A stretch of DNA of 64,000 nt from the NCBI GenBank assembly GCA_020536535.1, contig JAHLWZ010000346.1, positions 17,872-81,871 on the forward strand. The letters are read 5' to 3'. This document shows, in pieces, positions 48,257-59,040 of this stretch. Below the pieces are notes generated by a model. It was not told where the DNA came from, searched no databases, and was given only the letters and a program-made list of their open reading frames with translations. Both the position numbers and the translations under genes were made by a program. This stretch comes from Pelomyxa schiedti. Taxonomy: Eukaryota > Protista > Evosea. Numbering within the stretch: position 1 is the first letter of the stretch; each line of letters begins with the position of its first letter.

Positions 48257-51200
48257 ATGGTAGCTGGGCGATTTTCCCTTTGGGCCTGCTTACTTTGTTG
48301 CTTCGTCATCAATCCCGCTGGCGGTACCACAAGCGAGGCACGGTCCAGCTCCGACAACGATTATGGGATCCCAGCCTACGCCTTTGCATTTGCATTCGAG
48401 TCTCGTGTCCATAATCCAGCTGGCCTAATTGAGATGATTGGTTTTCTTCCAGAGCCCCCTCTGCTTGCTATATACACCCTATGTAGCCTCAGCCCAATTC
48501 TCCCCAGTGATTGTGCAATGGCTGCAGCAGGGTGTGAATTTGAGCTCATTTATGCTCTGTGTGGAGGAGATGGCGCTGATTTTACTTTGAGCAGCATAGA
48601 CACTTCCAGAGTTTTATATAGAGTTGGTGAGAATTTCACTGGCGAAGTGTGTGCTGTGCGGAACCTTTTCACGATTCGGGGAGCACCGGAACATTTGATT
48701 CCGTCCAGTTTGGTGTGGAGCAGTTGCGAGGATACATTCATCGCTACATTCTGTAATACTGGTAACCACGAAACGGCTATAATGAGGATAAACCCGTTCT
48801 CTGGAGAAAGCTCTCTACTATCTACAGTACCCACAGACTTCGGGATGATAGGGGCTGCGGAACCTCCAAGGGTGAATTGCAGTGCTACGGAAACATTGCT
48901 AAGTGGAATCAGTGCTGAGGTGCAAGATATAAATCAGTACATGAAGGGGTCTCGATGGTTGGGAAACTATACCTACGACCTTCAAGGCCCAACTGATAGG
49001 AAGATTACCGGCCGCCCGTCGGGAATGGTTACAGACTATTCCAGAGACAGGTTTTACAACTCCCTGTATTGTTTCTTCAGTTCGGATGACTACACGGAGT
49101 TGTATGTATTCCACCGAAACTTCACACTGGAATTGCTGGGCTGGGTTCCGAGGCGTTATGTAGGAATGGTCGTCAATAGTTCCCATGCAGGGTGCAGGTT
49201 GCCAAGACTGTCATCTGAAGACACTTTGACCAGAGCGATTGCTATTGGGTGTTCCATCGGTGGAGTTGCCATCATCGCCGCAAGTTCGGCTGGACTATTT
49301 CTTCTCTTTAGGTTGATACTTCGTATTATCTGTCATAGACTCAACAACCTGAAAAGGAAAAGAAAAAATGACCCAGGTGAAAGTCAGTGTGAACTAGAGA
49401 AAGTGTCCAACCTCACAGAATATGATGAAGAACTGTCCCCAATGCTAAAACAGTGCAAGTATAATGCCCTGTGATGGGGCTCATTTTTTCTTATCCAATC
49501 AAAGGCAATGTACCAGAGACGAGTTCCCAGTTTCAGTGGTTCCTCTTCCTCTCGTTAACAACAGAATGACCAAATAACGCAAAAAAGGAGATAGGAGATA
49601 GATTGGACTTCAATTTGGGAGCAAGACTGGCCCCAATAAATACAGAATTAACGCAGACCTTCGATGTGAGTAATAATTCAATGAAAAAGCAATTCGAAGT
49701 CAATATTCTGATGCCCAAGAGTCACCAATATGCCTACACTTCTGTGCCTCGTACTTTTAATCTTTCTCCAGTTTGGCTGTACTGAGTTATTTTTGAAAGA
49801 CTAATTACGTAAAAAGGGAGAAAGGAAAACCGTACAACTGGGACTTACGGTGCTCTGCACTGCAGCAATAAATACAGACCTGATTCTACTGGCAACTCAT
49901 CAAGGTACTGTTCTCTGTTTATGTTCTGGGGTAAGGGGAAAAAAAAGAGGATAAACATTTCATGGCTGTTAAAGTCTCTCTGGAGTCAATGCTCTCCACT
50001 TTCATCGACTTCCAAGAACTTGAAGTAAATTTATTCAGTCCGTTATAATTAGTAATAATCTCAGCTTGTCGAGCCACCGATTGGAGAAGGATCCTATGGA
50101 ATTGTTTACAAGGCAAAGTGGTACTGCTTTCTCCCTTCTTGATGGCGATGTCTATGCCTCTAACAATCCGTTATTGTTCGAAGGAGAAACCAGGAAGTGG
50201 CAGTCAAACTTGTCAAGGTAAATGCATTGAAGTCACAAAACTGGCTAACATTGTTAGAATCAACAAAGTAAGGACACCCTTACCGGGTTCGAAAATGAAG
50301 TCCAAATCTTTGAGACGATCAGATGCCCGCAAGTATGTGCCTATTTCTCTGATATACCAATAAAGAACAATAAGATTGTACAATTTTATGGTGCCGTGAG
50401 AACCACGGGAAAGTTATCCATTGTCACAGTATGTCCTGTATAACTAAAGAGAAGCTCTGTTGTCACAATGTGAAGGAATTCTTTCCACTTGGAAACTTGA
50501 GATCGTGCTTGAAACACCATACATTCTCTTTAACGCTGAAATTGAAGTGTATGATAGATTGCGCCAAAGGTTAATATGTATAATCAAAATACACTCTCAG
50601 AGTTTCTCAAGGGATGAAATTCCTTCACCACAGTAATTTATTGCATAGAGATTTGAAGGTAAGCATTGTTCTTGATTTTTTTTTAGCTTATTGTCACAGA
50701 CTGATAATCTTCTGGTGAGAAACAATACTCGCTTTAATGAAGTTGATCCAAACAGATATGTTCTTTGGATGAAAATGCGAAAGTGAATGCGAAAATATCT
50801 GGTAGAGGATTACTTATTTCCAGTCTCTTAAATACTGAAGATTTTGGGACAACAAGAGGAGTGTCAAAAGTAGCTGTAGACCAAACTTTTACTGCTGGGA
50901 TTGGAACACCCGCTTTTATGGCCCCAGTTACTTCTTTCCATGTTATTACATTTATAACCTTCCAATAAATAGGAACAACTGTCCGGGGGTCACTACAACC
51001 AAAGGTAAGTCCAATTTTCCTAAAGGAGTAAAACTTAATGAAACAAAACAGCGCGGATGTGTACAGGTAACAAATATGAGTTATTTAAATGGCCCAGCAA
51101 TCCTACTTACTTTGGACTCATAGCTTCTCAATAATGTTCCATCAAGTTATGACAGAAAAAGAACCCTACGAAGAGTTTAATTCCCTTTGGAGTAAATAGA

Positions 51201-51512
51201 ATATTGGATTCTCTCTTTCCTAATAACAACAACAGAGATAACGGAATTTGTACTTGGTAACCAGGTACAATAGTAATATGAGAAGGCCAATTCACAAAAC
51301 CTTTATTCAGAGACTGCCATTGGAGGGAATACCAGAATCAATTGCCAAAATGATCAATGTGTGTTGGTCACCAGAACCAAAGTCTAGGCCGTGTATGTAC
51401 ATCGAATACTAACTCAAATACTGTGCTTAACCAACACATTTCAGCATTCGATGAAATTCTGGAAATGCTTCAAGAACAACTCTCCAATATCGAGAAAGTG
51501 ACCAACGACTGA
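48257..51512 (+). CDS. Transmembrane TKL protein kinase (Entamoeba TMK-like)
   Basis: Signal peptide, ectodomain and TM (AIAIGCSIGGVAIIAASSAGLFLLF) lie in the first exon. Juxtamembrane LDFNLG...PIN.ELTQTF...; ESMLSTFIDFQEL; IGEGSYGIVYKGKW, VAVK, HRDLK|TDNLL, KISDFGTTR, GIGTPAFMAP|E, ADVYSF, CW..EP..RP.F; stop at 51512. Confidence 0.88.
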
Positions 51513-51674
51513 GTTAGTACATCTCCGTCGTTGTATCTCCATGTAATAATATTACCGACTCATCGAATTAATTATTATTTCTCCGAAACCCATCCTGTGA
51601 TGGTAGAAGATTCGATCAGAGTAAAAAAAAGGTTCTTTTTTTAGGAACTGAGGTGTTGAACAACAACTTTAGCC

Positions 51675-54613
51675 TCACTCTGTATCGGATTCTTCTTCTG
51701 ATCCAGAGTCAGTGTCTAAGGTATCAGTGTCTGACTCGGGCTCAGGACTAAGTAAATATTCCACCCCATCATCTTCATACTCATCAGCAAGAAGTGGGTT
51801 GTTGTTGATGGGAAGAGGATGAAGGCTCATGGCTGTGCTTGAGGATAACTTTGCTCTTTTGGATGCAGCTTCACCAGTGCTATCTCGTTTTTTGGCTGCT
51901 TTAGCTTCTCGTTCATCTGCGATTTTTTTAAGCATGCCATAAAATCGCTGTCTCATCTCATAATCTTTGTCCAAGTTCAGTTGGTGCAGGCTGAAATAAA
52001 CATAAGTGCCAGAAAACAATATTGGAAAAGGTACCGGATGTGTTCATTTGTTAGTAAAATCATGATATCGATATCTGCATTCAAGTGGGCCTTTTTAAAC
52101 TGGTAGGAGTGTAGTAAACAGCTCCATAGCACGCACATACGGCCAAAGAAGCACTCCGCCACAACCCTATCAAGTATCAGTATGAATTGGATTAAAGGGA
52201 CACCTACCTTTTGCTTTTCGGGGCTGCCACAGTTTCTTCTGTATAAGGAGCTGGACCAGAGGTTGGCTTTGGCAACACAACCTTGTGCAACCTGGCAAAC
52301 AAGTTAGTACAATAATTTGCAAAAGGAAAAGAGTTTACCCTGGGTGATCCCCGAGGTAGCCACTGTCAAGAAGAACAGCCCATGTTGGATTCCCAGGAAA
52401 AAGAGTAAAATCGGCTGGCTTTTTGTGCAGAAGCGGAACATACATTCCACTTATTTCCCGAAGGTCCGCTGCATCATGGCGGGAGCCCTTACACCACTTG
52501 CTTGCAGCTCTGGCGTAGTAAGGGTATGTGGCTTGCACAGCAACATGTTTTTTTACTGCATGACAACGGTGGTGGGCATCCCACATTTCACCTTGAACAT
52601 CCCACCACCCAGACTTATTGACCAAGATTGGGGTGTGATCCCCAATCATGGCGATCTCAGTCAGAGGCTCACCTGGCTTTCCTGAATATTCATAGGCACC
52701 AGGGCGCCACCAGTGTTCCTTCAAGACTTGAAGCACCTTTGGGCGAACACACTTGATTCCACGTAGTGCCTGGTCTTTGGCCACCTTCCACATAGCTACC
52801 GTTTGGATTACAGTGGAACCAGTTGCCAGCAAGGGGTCAAAGGCCCAAGCTGACCCCACCTGACTCCATATTTTTATATTTAACTGACTGTTAAATATAA
52901 AAATATGGAGTCAGGTGGGGTCAGCTTGGGCCTTTGACCCTTGTGGCAATGTGTGGTACAACTTCTTCTAGGAACTCAGTGAACCAGTACACAGAGAAAT
53001 GGAAAATATTGTAGACATGCTATATTCAATTAGTGAAGTAGAATAGTGGCTGTGGAGATTCCATTGGGTAATTCCAAAAGTCAGCCCATAGGCCTGTTTC
53101 TGGTTCTACATATCTTGGCACTGATGGTTCAGAGGAGCTCAAATATTCCAAGTTGTATTGGTAGCTAATAAAAAAGGTTAAAGCTTGCCAAATGAGATAA
53201 AACTCACTTGTACAGCATCGTTTCTAATGCCAGGGGGCACAAGTCATGTTCGGGGTCCAATGGAATCTGGAAGTCCCCACAGCCATCTTTAAAATGTTAG
53301 GGTACAACTTGGGAGAATAATTAAGACCTGGAGTGGCAATAGGAGCTGATAATGTTGCTGTTGGTGGACCTCCAGGAAAGTCACCCAGACCCCCTGGCTG
53401 TTGCTCAGGAATCCCAGCTGAACAGGGAATTCCAATTGCCGGCTCAACTGATATTGGTTGTTGGGAACTGCTTCCCTGAGCCCGTCCCCGTGCTTGAGTG
53501 CTGTGCCCACAGCCAGTTCCCCGTCCACGCCCACGCCCACGCCCACGCCCACGGCCGCGGCCGCGGCCACGACCACGGCCCTGGTTCTGGCTCACACTCT
53601 CTTGCTGAGACTGCAGGTCCTGTTGTGGTTGCTGTTGCAACTGCTGGGCAGGTGGCATTGATTGCTGCAGCGCTTGTAACAAGGGCAGTAGTTGTGAATA
53701 TGGCAGTTGTAATAGTGGAGAGAGGTTTTGGCCCAGCTGCAGCTGTGGCTGGGAGCCTTGAGGCACTTGTAAGGAGGGTTGCAACAGTGTGGGAGCTGGA
53801 ATCTGTTGTTGTGGTAATAGTGGAGGTGGAAGCTATTGTAATGGTGGAGGCAGAAGTTGCTGCAATGGTGGAGGTGACAATTGTCGTTGTGGTGATGGTG
53901 GAGGTGGCAACCAGCATTGTTGCAAGGACTGGGACTGCTGGTATTGCTGGGGTTCAAACTGAAGTGGCAAAGGCCACTGGTCACCAAGTAATGCATCAAA
54001 GTCAGAGGGAGCATCAAATTGAAAACCTGACATGTGGTTCATCTTCATAAACAGCATAAGGTTAGTGGAGAAGAAAACAGTTGGTGAATGAAAGCAACAA
54101 AAAAAGATGAAACGATAAAAAGCGATGTGCAGCTATTACCCTAAGTATGTGATGAATGCACGTGGTGTTGATAGCACCTGGGTTTCTTTTTTTTCTTTAA
54201 AAAAGAGAAATTCCTGCAACTGCACACCACGGTGCTGACGTTCTTCACGGACTCTCCCTCAACGAACACTGCCATCACTGGTGTACATCACGGCAAAGCA
54301 GCAACACCCCGAGCCAGGGGTCTCCCTCCCAATCAAACAGCCGATAACCAACCCGTTTTTGATTAGAGATTCGTCGAACCAGTAAAAATCGATTCAATTC
54401 TTTTGATCTAACCAAAACTCCGATTTTTGCTGCTTAGGGCGAAGAGGCCCAAGAGTGGTTATGACACAGAGTTAAGGACTAGGAGTGCGTTAGCAGGAAT
54501 GAAGAAAACAGATGACACTACCGTCTTTCTGATTGTAGCTTGCAACCTTTGTTCCGGGCTGGGGGGACCCCCGAAGCTGCTTTTACCCCCAAACAGCGAT
54601 TTAGGCTCAATGT
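51675..54613 (-). mobile_element. Harbinger/ISL2EU-like DNA transposon copy 1 (DDE_Tnp_4 transposase, intron-containing, disrupted)
   Basis: HTH-like EFLEEVVP..ATRGQRPKLTPPDSIFLYL; catalytic IGDHT, GSRHD, LLDSGYLG, RVVAECFFGRM; N-terminal Gln/Pro-rich and (GR)n region; acidic tail. Near-identical to 61096-63222. TIRs not identified. Confidence 0.8.
52830..52943. repeat. Long near-perfect inverted repeat (55/54-bp arms, 5-nt loop TGACT)
   Basis: CAAGGGGTCAAAGGCCCAAGCTGACCCCACCTGACTCCATATTTTTATATTTAAC-tgact-GTTAAATATAAAAATATGGAGTCAGGTGGGGTCAGCTTGGGCCTTTGACCCTTG. Confidence 0.95.
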
Positions 54614-54717
54614 TATGTTTCACTTGCCACATGTGTGGACAAATACAAGAACAAAAAGAGGTGGTTCCAAGTTTCAAGTGCCATACTTTTCCCTCTGGGT
54701 GCTCATAAGGGTCGATG

Positions 54718-56874
54718 CTACAAATGAGTTGAAGAGAACTTCCAGGAACCCTGTTGAGACCAGAAGTGTGTCCTGATGGAGGAGTCCTGCAATATCTCCA
54801 CAAATGTGTATTGTGTGGTTTCAGTCTCTGTTTTTGTGGTTGGAACCCAACCACCAGAGTTGACATAGATGTAGCCCAGTTTCTTCTGGCAGATAGTGGT
54901 GTGTGTGTGTCCCATCACAACCACCTTGTTCATGGCCTCTGCTTCATTGTGCAGTTCTTCTGCATATAACTCCACTGTTTCTTGTGCCCCAGACTTGAGC
55001 CCATCTGTGACTGACACAACGGGTGCAGCGTGGCCCCCACGCATTGCTAGGTGTGCAATCCATGGCATGGCAGCCTCCAGGAAAAAATCTATGAGCCGTT
55101 GCTTTTTTGCGAAGCCTTTGTCTCTGTCTGTCCTTGAACATACACCTTCATAAGCACTGAGCACTTCACCAAGAGTCATTGTGACACCACCCGGCATCCG
55201 GAAAACTGTCTCTCTCAGCTCCGCATTCCAGTCATCCAGATTGGTGTCTTGCAGGCGCTTTAATCCGCCTGCCTCCTTCAGCATGTAACTTTCAATCAGA
55301 AACCATGGGTTCTGAACCATTGCTGAATATAAAGTCAGTGCTTGAGTTTAGGTATATGCATATGAAGTAAATGTATTTTGCCATGTATTGTGGTTCGGGA
55401 AAAGTGTGGAAAGGAAGGAAGTTTACCATTTCTTGGGTCAGTGGTTATCAAGGGTTTTACAGAAGGTGCATTCTGGATACGGCAGCCCACACCTTCCCAC
55501 ATGTTCTCTGGAATCTTATTAATTGCCCATTTCAGATACCAAGAAACAGTCTCTGTCCTTGCCGAAGTGGCAGCCAAGCGACTGACAAAATAGCCAAATG
55601 GAAGATGGGCCTGATTGTTGTTGGAGTGAGTTGTGGAGAGCCATTTCATTTCATTTTGGGAAGCACGCAACTGCTTTTCCTTCTGAAGGAGCCGCTGTGT
55701 TGAAAATGTCACTCTGGTGGCCATGCGCCACAATTACCCTCCCATCCACGTTCATCCCATTGATTGTCTCCTCACTGAACCAGTATCCAGTGGCTTCAAC
55801 AAACTCGATGGCATCAGCACCAAACAATCCATCAATGTCGCTCTTTGTAACCTGTCATGCATGTGTGTTAAACACATTGCCAAAGACTTTGTAAAAGTAA
55901 AGGGGTGAGAATTACGTTCATGTCATGGTTCTGAATGAGAGAGTAAGATTCACCACCGAAAAGAGGGAGGAAATTTAAAATTGGGAACACATACCCCCGC
56001 CACATAAACAACATGAATGCCCCTTGAAAGAAGCACCTTGATGGCGTTCATCATCTTCTGCCCAAAATCATCTTCCCAGAGTTGGCGAAATGAAGGTGGT
56101 TCCACTTTGTGTGAATGAACCCACAAGTCGACTGTGGAGAAAAGATATGAGAAAAAAAGGGAAAGAGAATTGGGAGGAGAATTATCACCAATATCCCCAG
56201 CAAAAACAACACATTTTGTGTTGGGCATGATTTCAGGGCCAGTCGAACTTCTGCCCCCCCCGATTTTGTTCAAAAGTTCAAGAACGTGGACTTGCGCATT
56301 CTGGTATCGTACACACATCGCACAGAGAGTGAGATACATCTTTCACAAAAGAAGAAGCGAGAACCTTTCCCAGCCACACAGTCCCCATGTGCAAATCAGA
56401 GATGACGATTATGGGCCCTTCCCCAACTCTTGTGCTGTGTGTTATTTTTCCTTCTGGCACACTTGCTCGTGGTGGTTCCACCGGGGTTGATCCCGATGAT
56501 ACCGGTGCGGGGCACGAAGTCGACAGTGTTGCCACTGCTGGCTTTTCAGTCCGGCTGGTCGGAGGCAAGCAAGAAGTAACAGTGGCGGCACTGCTTCTTT
56601 CTGCAGCAGCGGGCGAGGGTACGGGAGTTCCAATTGGCTTACATTCGCGGTGTATTGTTGCTCCGCATGCTGTGCGGTTCTCAAAAAAAAAAAAAAAAAA
56701 AAAAACCTGTAGGTATTGGGTGGAAGACGCACTGCAAGAGAGCGCCGTAAAGGCGTTCCAAATGTATCCTGGGAACAAATGAGCTCACAGGTTGCCACCT
56801 GTCATACCTTTGCACTGGGAGCACCACGTGGGACGCCACAAAACGGTCCGAGAATACCAGTGTTGGTGTTTCAT
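54718..56874 (-). CDS. C1 (DAG/phorbol-binding) zinc finger fused to an LpxH/YbbF-like calcineurin-type metallophosphoesterase
   Basis: MKHQHWYSRTVLWRPTWCSQCKG|YIW....LSC..CGATIHREC (C1), then IVISDLHMG, VVFAGDI.DLW, YVAG|NHD, HGH, VVMGHTH and YVNSGGW. Confidence 0.8.
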
Positions 56875-57165
56875 GTTGGCGAAAAAATTAGATGAGGTTG
56901 GTGGAAAAACGTGAGGAGCAACGATCTAGAATCTACAATTTTTTCCTTTTAATCTCTTAATTATTTTCTTCCTTCTGGAGTCCGTGTCAGGGACTCAGAG
57001 GTGAGGGTAGAGGAGTGCAGAGGAGGACAGCGATGGGACAGAGGACAGATGTGAGATAGAGTGGGGTGTGCAAGGGCAAGAGGGTGGTGGGTGTGGAGGT
57101 GAGGTGGATGTCAGTCCTTCTGGCATCTGTGGAATTGTTGAGTGTGGTGAAGATAAAAGGGGAGA

Positions 57166-57265
57166 NNNNNNNNNNNNNNNNNNNNNNNNNNNNNNNNNNN
57201 NNNNNNNNNNNNNNNNNNNNNNNNNNNNNNNNNNNNNNNNNNNNNNNNNNNNNNNNNNNNNNNNN
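57166..57265. other. Assembly gap (100 N)
   Basis: Run of N. The RT ORF stops at the gap, so sequence on the two sides may come from different element copies. Confidence 0.99.
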
Positions 57266-58990
57266 AGGCACTTGTCCATCAGCTGCTGGAAAGTTTGGGA
57301 TGCGTTAGCCATGCCAAACTGCATCACTTTCATTGTGAACTGCCCTTGCTTACAGACGAACCCTGTCTTGTGGATGTCCTCTTTTGCAATGGGCACCTGC
57401 CAGAAACCGCTCATCATGTCTAGTGTGCTGAACCAGCTGTTCCCGCTCAATGCCTGCAGAGTCTCGAAAACGTTGGGAAGTGGGTAATTGTCCTTAAGGG
57501 TTTCCTTATTGAGGGCCCGGTAGTTGGTACATAACCTCATACTCCCATCCTTCTTCTGAGAGATGGACAGTGGTGCCACCCACTCGCTCTTCCCGGGTGC
57601 TATCACGTCAATCCTGAGCATCTCCTGTATCTCCTTCCCTATCACGACCTCTTCCTTTGGTGTGAACTTCTTCTCAGGCCTCGCTGCTGCCTTGCATACT
57701 TTAGTGGGTATGTGGTGTTCCATGAGGGTAGTCCTCCCCAGCTTTGTGCGGTCATTGGTAAGGATGTCGGCAAACTCCTCTTGCAATGCCCTGAATGCCT
57801 CCCTCTGCCTTGGAGTAAGATTTTCCCACTGGACTTCGGCTGAGTTCCACCCTTCTTTTCCCTTTGGTGGCTGTTCCCCTCTGGGTTGCGCGCTTCCAAT
57901 ACTGGCATCACCCTTAGCAATGTCAGCTCTGTCCTTCTTGACTGCCACTGGTTCCCCTTGATGTATAACTGTCTCCTCACTCCCCTGGTTGTGTATTTGG
58001 ACCGTCCCCAGTCGGTTTTCGCCTACAGTGATGGCACCAGCACTGAGGACCAGGTTCTTGTCCAACTTGGTGCTTGCCCTCACTTCTATGCTCTTCCCAG
58101 TGTCTGCTGGATTATCAGGGAACACTAGAACTTCTGTGATCTGTCCTGGGTACAGAGTAATATCTGACAAGCAAGTGAGAACCGTTTTGTATTCTTCTGC
58201 TTTCTCCAGGAGTGCCTCAGTCGACTGCCCACAAGTGATGGTTCTGCTCTTGAAATAAGCCTCGCCCCAATTCTAGTCAAGAGGTCTAGCCCAGCCAGGG
58301 CCTGAACAGGACAGTTGAGGACGATGACAAACTCGTGTTCCACTACTGTGTGGCAGATTCGTACCAGAAGCTTAGAACAACCAGTGCACTGTGCCTTGCC
58401 TCCAACCCCAGTGATTGTGCCACACCATGGCTCCCTGTGAGCACAACTTTTGTTCTTCCATTGAAGCCTCCTGAACATGGGTTCGTCCATGAGAGAGATG
58501 TTGGCACATGAATCAAGTGCGATGGCCATTCTGACACCTGCAATCTCACCCCAGACAGATGGTAATGGTATTCGGTCGGTGCCCTTGAAGAAATTCACTT
58601 TCCCCGAGAACGCATGGGATTGTATTTTCGTCGGCCCAACGGGAGCGCCAATGCAAACTTCCGTCGCGCCATCAAAAAAGTGATCATTTACGGTAACATC
58701 GCCCCTGCAGTGGCGCTGCGCGGTCATCTCTGCTAGCCCGGTGCTCAAGGTCTGGCACGTCGTATGAGACGTGCTTTCCCTTGTGTGCGCCCCTCCCAAG
58801 GCGACTTGGCCGAGGCCCGCTCCTCCCAAAGCGATGTGGCCATCGGTGCTTTTAATAAATGCCCCTCCCAAGGCTATGTTTTCATCCACCTCTTCCGTGG
58901 TGGGATATGCCCCTCCCAAGGCAAAGTCGGTATTCGCGTCGACGACGGAGCAACACCCAATGGCGTGCCCGCACATCGGCGATAGCGAAC
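57266..58990 (-). pseudogene. pol: Pol (protease-RT), frameshifted and truncated by the gap
   Basis: Protease frame 58125..58976 and RT frame <58255 differ by one base. RT motifs as listed for the element. Confidence 0.8.
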
Positions 58991-59040
58991 CTACACAAAC
59001 GTGTGAAGAAACGTAGACTCTTTTATTATTTCGAAGTTAA

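Noticed and set aside
53352-54050. Plus-strand hydrophobic ORFs (also 61535..62191) resembling membrane proteins
   Set aside because: Antisense shadows of the Gln/Pro-rich transposase N-terminal region.
56985-57165. Possible 3' LTR of the 57.3-61.1 kb element
   Set aside because: It starts with TG but shows no similarity to the 60815-61095 LTR, has no matching target duplication, and is separated by an N gap.
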